Below are positions 32,766 to 45,667 of a stretch of 64,000 bases of DNA, in pieces. Below the pieces are notes generated by a model. It had not been told where the DNA came from. It searched no databases and saw only the letters and a list, made by a program, of their open reading frames with translations. The number at the start of each line of letters is the position of its first letter. The stretch's first letter is position 1. Location of the stretch: contig OZ251254.1 of NCBI GenBank assembly GCA_965240325.2, positions 248,001 to 312,000 of the forward strand, in the 5' to 3' direction. Position numbers and translations under genes: made by a program. The DNA comes from Rebecca billardiae RCC1528 (lineage: Eukaryota; Protista; Haptophyta).

Positions 32766-35700
32766 ATGACGACGGCCGCGCGTCTGCGACTGCTCTGCGC
32801 GGCGTCCGCGCTCGCGGCGGCGGCCGGCGCCGCGCGCGGCGCAGGGAGCGGCGGCGGCACCAGCGGCGGCGGCGGCGGCCGCCGTCCGGCCGACCCGGAC
32901 TCGCCGCGCTTCCCGCCGCATCGGTTCACCGACGACGACGACGACATCGTCGTGCGCTTCCCGATCGCCGAGGGGCAGCAGCCGGCGGACTTCCCGGCGC
33001 GGCTGTACCAGGAGATGCTCGCGGGGTTTGGGCGCAGCGAGCTCACCGCCGCCGCCGCCGACGCCGAGCGCTCGCCCTCCTCGCGCGCGCCGCCCGCGCC
33101 CGACGGCGAGCGCGGCGGCGGCGCGGACCGCGAGTCGCCCGCCGGCGCGGAGCACGGCGGCGCCGAGCAGCAGCCGACGGAGCGGCTGTCGAGCACGCAC
33201 CTGCGCACGCTGATGCACGAGTGGGGCCGCATCGACTGGGTCGAGGGCCCGGGCCAGTCCGAGCGCGCGCGCCTCATGTCGCGCATGCTCGCCGGTGATG
33301 CCCACGTCGCGATCGTGACGACGGCCGCGCTGCCGTGGCTAACGGGGACGGCGGTGAACCCGCTGCTGCGCGCGGCGTACCTGGCGAAGCGGGGCGCGCG
33401 CGTGACGCTGCTGCTCCCCTGGCTCGACGCGTCCGAGCAGCCCCTCGTCTTCGGCGGCAACACCACCTTCGACACCCCTGCGGAGCAAGAGGCTTACAGC
33501 CGACGCTGGCTCGCCGAGCGCGCGGGCGTCGGCTCGGAGGAGCTCGGCGGCCGGCTCTCGCTGCGGTTCTACGCGTCGCGGTACCACAAGGAGAAGGGGT
33601 GCGCGCGCGGCACCGCCGCCGCCGCCGCGCCGCGCGCGCGCGCCGCGTCGCCACGCGCCGCGCATGCGCCCGCGCCGCCGACCGCGCGCTGCGTGCGCGC
33701 GCGCGCGCGCTCCTGCGCCTGCGCGTGCGCCCGCGCTGCCCGCGCCCGCGCTGCCCGCGCGCAGCTGCGTGCTCGCGCTCGGCGACCTGACGGCGTACTT
33801 CCGGCCGGACGAGCGCGACATCTGCGTGCTCGAGGAGCCCGAGGTGTGCCCGCCCCGCCGCCCCGAGCGCGCACGCGCCGCGGCGCGCGTGCCCGCGCCC
33901 GCGAGCAGCATGCCTGCCACCAGCCCTTGGCGCTCGCCGCCGCGGCCGCGCCCTCACCCCGCGGCGCCCCGCGCCTTCGGCCGCTTGCGCCTTCGGCCGC
34001 GCAGCACCTGAACTGGTACCACCACGGCGAGCACTGGTGCGCGCGGTGGCAGCTCGTCGTGGGCATCATCCACACCAACTACTGGTCCTACACGCGCACA
34101 CACGAGACAGGGGGGCTGGTCGCGGCCGCGCTCACCCAGCAGGTGCGGAGGAGGGCGCTGAGCACGGCACGGCACGGCATGCGGGCGCGCGCGCGCGCAA
34201 AGGGCGCGCCGTCGACCCGCCGGCTGCGCTGCTGCATAGGGATGCGCGTGCAAACGAGCAGGGTTAGGGTTAGGGTAGGGTTAGGGTAGGGTTAGGGTTA
34301 GGGTTAGGGTTAGGGTTAGGGTGACGGTCGCGGACGCGGCGGGTATGGCGGGCCCGGCAGGCAGGGGCTCACGCCCTCGCGCCCCCACGCCCGTCGCCGC
34401 CGCCCTCCGCCCCCCTCCGCCGCCCCCGCCGCCCTCGCCCGCCACCCGCCACCCCCACAGGTCAACCGGTGGATGTGTGGCGGATATTGCCACCGAAATA
34501 TTAAATTGTCGGACGCGCTGCCCGCGCTGCCGCGCGCGGTCACGGTGAACGTGCACGGCGTGCGCGACGACTACCTGCAGGTGCGCGCCCGCTCGCCTGG
34601 CCGTGCCCGGCCGGGCACGCTCGCCGCGCCGGCGCGCGGCACACGCGCGCGCCGCAGAGCCCCACCCACCGCGCGCCAGCGCGCCTGGCCGGTGCGCGGC
34701 GCGCGCCGCCGCCGCCGCCGCCGCCGCTCAGCGCCCCGCTCGCGGCCGCCGCGCGCCCCGCGCCGCCCGCCGCCGCGCCTCGCCGCGCGCAGATCGGCGA
34801 CCGCCGCCCGCCGCCCGCCACGGGCGGCTGCTACTTCCTTGGCAAGATGCTCTGGGCCAAGGGCTACCGCGAGCTGCTCGAGCTGCTGCGCCATGCGGAG
34901 GCGGCGACGCATGACGCGCACACGGCGGCGGCGCGGCGCGGCGCGCTGGGCGGCGGCGATGGGGAGGGCGGCGGTGGCGGTGGCGGCGGGGAGGGCGCGC
35001 CGCGCTACGTCGTCGACGTGTACGGATCGGGGCCCGACCGCGCCGCCATCGCGCACGCCGCGGCGCAGCTCGGCCCGCGCGCGTGCGTGCGCGTGCACCC
35101 CGGGATTGATCACGCCTCGGCCGAATTAGCGGGGCACAAGTTATTCATTAATCCGTGCCGCTCGGACGTGCTGTGCACCACGACGGCCGAGGCGCTGGCG
35201 ATGGGCAAGTTCGTGCTGATCGAGGACAACCCGTCCAACGCCTTCTTCAAGAAGCTGCCCAACTGCCTCGTCTACTCCACGCCCGACGAGTTTGTGGCGC
35301 AGGTGGGCTGCGCGCCCACTGCGGCACCGGGCGCGCGCCCACTGCGGCACTCGCGCGCGCGCCCACTGCGGCACCCGCGCGCGCGCCCACCGCGGCACCC
35401 GCCCCGCCCTCGCGCCCGGCCCCGGGTCCCGCCCCCGCCCCGCAGGTGCGGTACGCGCTGAGCGCCACGCCGGTCCCCCTGGACAGCTCGCACCGCTACC
35501 TGCTCTCCTGGGAGGCCGCCACGGACCGGCTGGTCGATGCGGTGCTGGTGCGCGCGGGGCGTGCGCGCGTGGGCGTGCGCGCGTGGGCGTGCGCGCGCGG
35601 GGCTTGCGCGCGCGTGGGCGTGCGCGCGTGGGCGTGTGTGCGTGTGTGCGTGCGTGTGCGTGTGTGTGTGCGTGTGTGCACGTGTGTGTGCGTGCACGCG

Positions 35701-36143
35701 TCCCCAGGGAGGGCGGGGGAGAGTGGGGGGGCGGAGGCAGAGCGGGGTGGCGCGCCACCCTCGCGCTGCGCGCACTGCGCAGCGCACGCGGCGCACGCGC
35801 GCGCGCATAGCAGCGCACGCCGCGGCAGCCGCGCGCGCCGCGCTCAGCCGCGCGCGCCGCCGCCCCCGCGCGCCCCGCCCCGCCCGCACGCAGCAAGAGG
35901 TGCCCTGGCAGGACGGGCTCAATCCGGGAGACAAGGCCTTCGCCGCGTTCCACCGGACTATTTTCGCCGGCCGGCTCGGCGACTGGACGCGCGGGCTGCT
36001 CGGCGCTGGGCCGATCGCGCAGCAGTACGCGCTGCGGCGCAGCGCGCACGCGCAGCGGGGCGACGGCGGCGTGCCCGGCGGCGGCGACGACGGCCGCGGC
36101 GACCGTGGTGGTGGCGGCGACGGCGGCGCGCCGGGCGATGGCG

Positions 36144-36175
<32 letters not shown>

Positions 36176-36817
36176 AGTGACAGCGCAAGTCAGCCGACGG
36201 GCGCGGAGACCGCCGGCGCAGCGAGCGCGGACGGGCGCAGCGGCGGCCGCGCCGGCGCGGACGCGACGCGCGTGGTGCGCGCGTCGCTGCGCGCGCGCTC
36301 GGCGCGGGAGGCGGCGGCGGCGGACGGCGGCGCGAGCGCGCACGCGGCGCAGTCGCAGCAGCAGACCACCCCGCAGCCCTCCGCGCCGCGCCCCCAGGCC
36401 GGCAGCTGGTGGCGGCGGTCTTGGGGGCGCCGCGCCGCCGACAGCGGCGAGGCCCTGGCGTCCAGGAGGCCGCGCGGCCGCGCCGGCGGCGGCGCACGCG
36501 GCCCCGACGCGGCCGACGGCGGCGGGCTGGAGGGCGTCCTGCGAGCAGGCGGCGGCGGCGGCGCGGGCCCGCCATCCGTGGCAGCGGCCGCCAGGCTCAG
36601 AGTCAGCGCGCGCGGGCAGCGTGGCGCGCGCGGCAGCGTCGGCAGGCGCGGGCAGGAGGAGTCTGGGCGGCCCATCGGTCGCGCTCGGCATCGGCGGCGC
36701 TCGGAGGGGGCGGGCGATTGGCACCGGGGGGGGGCAGGAGTGCCGTGGCTGCCAAGGGGCGACGCCGCTGACGAGGGTCGCGTGGTCGCGGGCGGCTACG
36801 TGGACAGCAGACGATGA
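32766..36817 (+). CDS. DGD: Digalactosyldiacylglycerol synthase (GT4); exons 32766-33598, 33765-33843, 34005-34142, 34461-34580, 34793-35302, 35446-35547, 35894-36817
   Basis: IVTTAALPWLTGTAVNPLLRAAYL, LEEPEHLNWYHHG, GIIHTNY, NVHGV, YFLGKMLWAKGY, SDVLCTTTAEALAMGK, LSWEAATDR. Six GT-AG introns. Confidence 0.93.
34260..34322. repeat. Intronic telomere-like (TTAGGG)n
   Basis: About 10 units inside DGD intron 3. Confidence 0.95.
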
Positions 36818-38398
36818 GCAGTCGCAGGCGGTGGTAACTGGTATACGCGCGGCTGTAGTATTATATGATAATATAAGGCGCGAGACAGGTTGCACGGAGA
36901 AATGACCGCCCGCGACTGATGACAGACGATGTTACATTCACAGTGGACGCGACCTGTCCACCCGTCTTTGACTCTTTATTCATCGGTACATGGCGCCGTC
37001 GCCGTGCGCCCGGAAGCGGCGCGCGCTCTCGCGCGCTGCACGATGCCCGCTGTTGCGGGTGCAGCGCGCCACTCCGCGCCTCGATCGGCCTCTCCCTGCT
37101 TGAGTAGCATGTATACCGAAAGTCAACCACCCTTGAGCTCCAATCGCGACATCGCGCAGCCGCGCGGCACGTTCCGCGACGCGGCATCTGAGTCACAGAG
37201 GCAGCAGAGCAGGCCGTCTCAGCCTGGAAGAGTCCCAGGCCCGGTGTGAAGAGAGGTAGCAATGCAAGGTGGATACGTGCCGTGCACGTCGCAGTCTGGC
37301 CGCACACGACGTTCGCAGCCTACGACTCGCGCGTGCGTGCTTGCGCTCGGCCACGTCCGTTCATCGGTCGTGCGTGCACTGGATGGCGCGCGCGCGCGAC
37401 TGGTCTTGCACATCACGTTGCGCAGCAACAGTCGAAGGAGGAGACACGCGACACTCATAGTATGCGACAACCTTGCAATCTTCATCCAGCGCGTGTTGGT
37501 GAGGGTCGAAAAGCTGGCGGCGGCTACCTCTCAACCGCTCGGTTGCACTTGATGGTGCATGCGCGCCGGCCGGAGCGCTGAAGTGTCAGAGTCGTGGCAT
37601 GCTCGAGGCTCTTGGATGAGGAGACGGCCGCTACGCAGTCCATCTATGTCGTCAGCATGAAGAACGGCATCCACGCACGACGCCTCGCGAACGCACACCT
37701 GCTTCCGCACTGTGACACGCATCGACAAGAACCGCTCAGCAGGCTGACGAGGCACCACGCCTCACTCACGCCCAACCAAGAACAGCAGGGCGAGTGCTGA
37801 GAAGCGGACGAAGGAAGCTGTCACTCGCTGCGGCAAGGACGCTCTTACTGTACGAATGGTTAATCAGCCCTACATAGCCTTCTTTGTCTCGCGTGAGCGC
37901 AGCATCAAGGGTGAGGCGCGAGGTGTTGCGCAGGCGGTCGCCGCACACGGCACAGGCTCACGTAAACAGCTCGATGGTGATGATCGAAAGCTTCTATCGA
38001 GTGTTCAGATGCAGAGCGCGTGCGTACACCGAGCAGGAGCTGACGACCTACATGGTATCTGTGCCACGCGTGGATCTCGCCGCCGGCCCACAAGCCGCTG
38101 ACGACTTCCTGTCGAACTCGAATGCTCGCGCGCGGCATTGCGGGCGAAGGCTGCACTCGTCGACGAGCTCGGTCCGATCATGACAGTTTGCCATACTGCG
38201 CGTGGTGACGGGCGTTGGGCTCGAGACGGATGGCGCAGGCGGTGTGACGCAGATAGAGCCGGGCGTGTGCGCTCGCTCCGAGACGCATCGAAGGGAGGAC
38301 TGTCTCCAGCTGCCTGATGATCCTGGACGAGAGGGTGATGCTGCTGTGGCTTTGCCGTCTCACGCGACGGTGGGTACCATAGACACATTACTATGGTA

Positions 38399-40591
<2,193 letters not shown>

Positions 40592-40761
40592 AAAGTACGG
40601 TACGACCATGCCTGCGAAAGTGATGCTGCGCTGAATTCGTATCGTCTGCATACTCGCCTGCCTGAGCTGTGTGCGTCTCTTATTCTTAGTAAACTGTATG
40701 TACGCAGTCGTATTAATTTATTAATCGCGCGAATCGCGACGACATCTTTGTGGACGACGAC

Positions 40762-41955
40762 ATGAGGTGCATGGCCATGCTGCCCGCCGCGATGTTGATG
40801 TCGTCGGCCGGCCGGGACCTGCCGACGAGTCTGGCCGAGATGTCGCTCGGCCGCATCCAGCCAGCGGGCGTGGCTAGCTCGTGCGCGCCGAGTGGGCTGT
40901 GGACGGATGCGTCCTTGGCGCGCGAGTTCAGGGCAGCGCTCGCACGCATCGCGTCGGCACCGCTCGAGCGCGAGCCGTTCCCGCACCTGCGCGTGCAGGG
41001 CCTCTTCTCCGACTGCTTGTACCACGACATGCTCGAGCAGCTCCCCGCGAAGAGCGCGTTCGAGGCCAGTCGGTACTCCGGCACGATGACTCACAAGACG
41101 CTGATGTGCTTGCCTCGTAAGAAGCTCAAGCGCCAACCGCCAGGTGCCTTTCGCCCCCTCCAAGTCCCCTCGGACTGCTGCAGCAACGGCTCGCAATTCG
41201 TCACGCACGACGACCGGCTGCGGACGTGCAAGAAAGCGCGGTGCTTTCTCCAAAAGCGCCAGCTGTCGCACGCAGCCAATGACAACCACGGCTGGGTGCT
41301 CATGCAGTCGATGATGACCGCCGACGGCGCCATGCCGCTCTGGGTGCAGCTGCAGCGCCTTGTGCACTCGGCCGACTTCATGACGCTGCTGGTCCGGCGC
41401 TTCTCGCTCGCCGACGGGGACGGCATCCCGGCGTGGAAGCGCGAGCGCTTGCGCGACAGCGGCGGGGAGACGACGCTGCGCAACTCCGCCGCCCTCCGCA
41501 TCGACCCTGCGTGGTACCAAATCGCGCCCCACCTTGACGTGTGGCAGAAGCTCGTCACGTGGCAGTTCTTTCACCCCGTCGACGACTCGCTCGCGACGCG
41601 CGGCGTCGGCACCCAGTTCATGCGCCCGGGGCGCGCTTATGCCGGCAAGTTCGCTGCCGACGACAGCGCCAACCCGCCGTGGTTCGAGTGGGAGGTGATG
41701 GAGTTGGTCAAGGAGATGCCTGTCGCGCGCAACACCTTCTTCGCCTTCGCACCAAACAACAGGTCGTGGCACGCCGCTTCGATGCGCCCGAGCCAGCTCG
41801 TCGGCATCAAGCCCGACTCGCGACGGAACTTCCTCGGCTTTGTGACGAGTGAGGCGTTCGGCTATCACGGCTTCCAGGATGCATACGGCGACTACGCGGA
41901 CCGTTTTTTCTGGCTCAGTGAGCAGTCGCCCAGGAGCCGCGGCGGGTTGAGCTGA
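40762..41955 (+). CDS. 2OG-Fe(II) oxygenase superfamily protein
   Basis: EPFPHLRVQGLF, HxD in YQIAPHLD...KLVT, distal His in FAFAPNNRSWHA, then a conserved-type Arg in SRRNF. Confidence 0.7.
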   Translation: MRCMAMLPAAMLMSSAGRDLPTSLAEMSLGRIQPAGVASSCAPSGLWTDASLAREFRAALARIASAPLEREPFPHLRVQGLFSDCLYHDMLEQLPAKSAFEASRYSGTMTHKTLMCLPRKKLKRQPPGAFRPLQVPSDCCSNGSQFVTHDDRLRTCKKARCFLQKRQLSHAANDNHGWVLMQSMMTADGAMPLWVQLQRLVHSADFMTLLVRRFSLADGDGIPAWKRERLRDSGGETTLRNSAALRIDPAWYQIAPHLDVWQKLVTWQFFHPVDDSLATRGVGTQFMRPGRAYAGKFAADDSANPPWFEWEVMELVKEMPVARNTFFAFAPNNRSWHAASMRPSQLVGIKPDSRRNFLGFVTSEAFGYHGFQDAYGDYADRFFWLSEQSPRSRGGLS

Positions 41956-42556
41956 CGACGACGGCAAATGATCGCATCGTGATCGTCGCGGGCGAGAGTC
42001 GTCGCGAGACGCATCTTGACGCGATGATCATATCGACTTACCGCGGGCCATTAAGACACTACGTTAATGATTGACACTCGACACGGCCGTCCGCTCGTCG
42101 ACGTCCGGTCTGATCACTCGTTGCCCGGGCGCGAGTGACTATATATATGACGAACTCATACTGCTATGATTCAATATATACCGCGCGGGCAGGGCTGAGG
42201 CCGCTGAGCGTGAGGGCAGGCCCCGGCACGCGACCAGCTGACAGCTCAGGCACTGGTATATATTGGCCGAGTCAGACCCGGCGACACTCCCGGCCAGATG
42301 CGCGACGGGACGCGCGTGCACGCCTCTCCGCGCGTCGTGGGTGCGCGTAGCACGAATCATGCCCTAGTGTACGCCGCGGGCAGGCCTAATGCCGCCCTCG
42401 GCGCACCGTCTCCGTGCGTCCGTCACTCCGTCCGCAGGCTGCCGCCGTCAGTCAGTGCCGGACTCGCCGCCGCGGGCTCCAGACGTCAGGGCTGTGGCTG
42501 CTCGGCCTTTGGCGGTGCGCATCCGCATGCCGCGCGTTGCGACGGGCTCGGACGCG

Positions 42557-42874
42557 TCAGTAGTCGTCCTTGTCCTTGAAGCTGTTGATAATGTTGATGA
42601 TGATGATCAGCAGGATAACGCCAACGACCGCGCCGATGATGAGCTTGACGCGCATGTCCATCCACCACATCCGGTTCTTCATGTTTGTGGAGGACTTTTT
42701 GAAGTTGCGCGCCTCGGAGAGGAGGTCCTCCGACTTGGCGTTCAGCTCGTTCAGCGCCTCCCCCTGCTGCACCAGCGTGCTCACGTTCTCCTTCATGATC
42801 CCCGACACCTCGTCCACCTCGCGCTGAACCTGCGACACCCTGTCGTCCGAGCGGGGCACCGTGTCTGGTAGCAT
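42557..42874 (-). CDS. Synaptobrevin/VAMP (brevin-type SNARE); an upstream in-frame start is possible
   Basis: VQREVDEVSGIMKENV...GEALNELNAKSEDL...F.K...MWW followed by a C-terminal TM helix. Confidence 0.9.
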   Translation of the reverse strand: MLPDTVPRSDDRVSQVQREVDEVSGIMKENVSTLVQQGEALNELNAKSEDLLSEARNFKKSSTNMKNRMWWMDMRVKLIIGAVVGVILLIIIINIINSFKDKDDY

Positions 42875-43536
42875 GGTGTCGGTGCCGCGCGCGCCTGCGC
42901 CGCGGGGCGTTTGGGGGAATCCGAAAGGATCGGCGCCGAGGCGCAGAGGCGGGAGGCCAGCGCGTGCACGAGCGCGTGGGCGCGTGCCGCGCTCCAACGC
43001 ACCGCTTGGGCCGCTGCCGCTCGACGCCATCGCCAAGGGCGGTCCCGCGCCTCGGCGTTGACTCGCTCGCTTTTCCAAACCGCCCTGCTCCGTTGCGGCA
43101 GCCTGCCGCGGTGGCCAGGCCGCTGCAGGAGGAGGCCAACGGGCCACAATGACAAGGGCTCGGGTGCGCTGTCTACAGTCTAGACGGGGATCAGCACCGT
43201 GAACGCACACGTGCACCTACAGACGGAGTCGTCACTCAGCAGCGTTCATACCTCGACTGTGCCGATGACGCCCAGGCTGCCGGAGGCAGCCGCGTTCGAA
43301 GTGCCGGTAGTCCGCGACGGGTCCGTCCCGGTCAGGCCGAGCCGCCGGATCCGAGGTGGCCCGTGTCACGTCGGGAGCGTCCGTGGGGGGGCAGCAGCTG
43401 CGCGGAGGACTCGCACGAGCGCCGCCTCGCGACCCCGATGGCCAGCCCGGCAGCTCACACCGACGCCGACCGTGCCACAGCCGGTCCGGCGCGGCAGTGC
43501 AGCGCAGGCGCGTTCGCACCCGGGGTGCAGGCACGG

Positions 43537-44120
43537 TCAAGGCCGCGGGACCAGTCGCCTCTCCTGCAGGCAGAGGCCGAGGAAGTTGCACGGCGGGCAG
43601 ATGAAGCAGCCTGCGGTCGCGCCGCGACGAGCGGGTGGTGCGCGCGCGCCGCTCGCCGGTGAGGGTCCGGGCAGCTCGGCGCACGAGCGCGCGAGGCGCC
43701 GAGCTCGGGCGCGGCGCGGCGTGGCGCGGCGCGCGCAGTCCGCGCACCGACGATGCAGATGAACCAGCCGAGCGGCGAGATGACGGTCTCCTCGACCATC
43801 GGTCGCGAGTCGTACTGCGGCCCCGCCGCGTACGGCGCCTGGCCGTACCGCATCGGCTCGGGAGCGTACCCGTAGCCCACGGCCGTGCCAGTGGCTGCGG
43901 CCATGGGCGCCGCACCCGCCGCCTGCGGCGGGCCGGGGATTTGCACCTCCATGCCGGCGTGCACGCCGTCGGGGCACACGACGTTCATCACGACGCCGTT
44001 CGCGACCGCCTGGAACGTCTGCCCGGGCGTCACGCCCTGCGGCACGACCACGTTGTACATTTGCGTCGGCGCTGCGCCGACCGTCTGCCCCGGGTAGGCG
44101 GGCGGAGCGCCGGATGACAT
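43537..44120 (-). CDS. Small Pro/Gly-rich protein with Cys-rich membrane C-terminus; exons 44120-43748, 43610-43537
   Basis: VVVPQGVTPGQTF and VVCPDGVHAG repeats. GT-AG intron 43747-43611 gives GWFICIVGCFICPPCNFLGLCLQERR. Confidence 0.7.
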
Positions 44121-44587
44121 GCGGGCGCGGGCGTGGGGCGGCTGACGGGCGGACGGGGCGGGCGTGGGGAGGAGGCGGGGGCGAGCGGCGCGTGCGTCAG
44201 CCGAGGGCGTCGGAGGGCGGCGTGCACGCCGGGCCGCGTGGATGCCGCGCCCGTCGCGCCGTGGGCGGCGGGGCGCACCGAGGCGGCGGTGGTCAAGAGA
44301 AAAGGCTCGGAAGCGACTGCTTGCCACTTTCTGCGAGCGCGAACCGATTCATAGTTGGAAACGGGCTTACGTACGGTTACTTACCCAAGCCGGGTAAGCT
44401 TGCTTGCTTGATCAGCGCGTGAACCAACCGTGAAGTAGCAGACGTGGTGAACGCGCGGGACACCGCGCCCATCCCACGAGCCTCTGGACGGCCAGCTACT
44501 GTAGCGCGCTCCCGACGCGCGCGAGGGACAATCGCCCAGGTGGGACGACACCACGCTGCTGTGGCTCCACACTGGAGTCACGCCCGC

Positions 44588-45193
44588 ATGGCGCACGTGG
44601 CGACACCACCGACGGCAGCCGAGGTGAGGGCGGGCGCCGCGTGCGCTCGCAATGCCGCGGGCCATAGAGGTGTCGTCTGCCTCGGCGGCAGCAAAATGGC
44701 GCCCGCACCCGACTGGGTGCTGGAGCGGCTCGCGGCGCTGGACGAGGGCCCGCACGACTGCCCTTGCGGCCGGCGCACCCTCGCACCGTGCGTGCCCGAC
44801 GGCGCGGGCGGCCGATGGATCCGCCTGCCCTGCGGCGCGCCGTGGCGCGTGCCGGATTCGACCAAGCTGGTCGGCGCGCCATGCTACCGCCGACACGCGC
44901 TCGGCGCGTGCGCGGCGTGCGGCGCGGCGCACGCGCTCGTCGGGTGCAACCGCACCGAGCCGGGACGGCCGTGCGCGCTCAGGCTCGTGCGCGGCAACTG
45001 CGGGCCGGTGGTTGTGCGCCGGCACGGCGTTGCAGTCCTGGGCGGCGTGGGCGGCGCCGCGGCCGGCGCCGCCGATGCCACCGCCGACGACGCGCGGGCT
45101 GATGGCGGCTGCGGGCGCGGGGACGGTGGTGGCGCCTTGTCCCCACCCGCGCGCCCGGCCGATGCGCTTGGGCTGCGTGCCGACGGTGCGTGA
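44588..45193 (+). CDS. Hypothetical Cys-rich protein
   Basis: ORF with CPC and CAAC pairs and coding-like composition. No family recognised. Confidence 0.4.
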   Translation: MAHVATPPTAAEVRAGAACARNAAGHRGVVCLGGSKMAPAPDWVLERLAALDEGPHDCPCGRRTLAPCVPDGAGGRWIRLPCGAPWRVPDSTKLVGAPCYRRHALGACAACGAAHALVGCNRTEPGRPCALRLVRGNCGPVVVRRHGVAVLGGVGGAAAGAADATADDARADGGCGRGDGGGALSPPARPADALGLRADGA

Positions 45194-45667
45194 CGCGCGC
45201 GCGCGCTGCGGCAGCGTGCGCGCGCTGAACACAGTACCCATGCGCATGCTGCCGCGCACGCCTCACGCCGCTGGGCGGCTGGCTGGCTGCGGCACTGCTC
45301 ACCATCGGCGGTCTGGCGGCTACGACGAGTCGTCGGCCATTCGGTGGCGCCGCAGAAAGGCAGTGTGTGTCGTAGCACTCGTTTGTCGCAGCAGCAGTAC
45401 ATGAGTACAGCTACAGGCGCAAATGATCATCGACGAACACGAGGAAAACGGCAAAACGCCGATACAGTATCGATCCACGATGGCGCCTCCCAAGTCCTTA
45501 GTCCGGCGCCATTTCGGTCAGACGGTCACCACGTGGACGTCACTTGGGCCGACCCCCCTTGGCTCGCCCATCCCCCGCCGCGCGCGCGCACCACCGCCCG
45601 CGCCGCCGCTCCGGCCGTCCCCCGGCCTGCCCGCCAGCCCGCCCCCGCCGTCCTCACCCGCTCCGCG

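Noticed and set aside
34260-34322. Chromosome end or misassembly at the telomeric repeats
   Set aside because: DGD exons continue in frame on both sides, so the tract is intronic.
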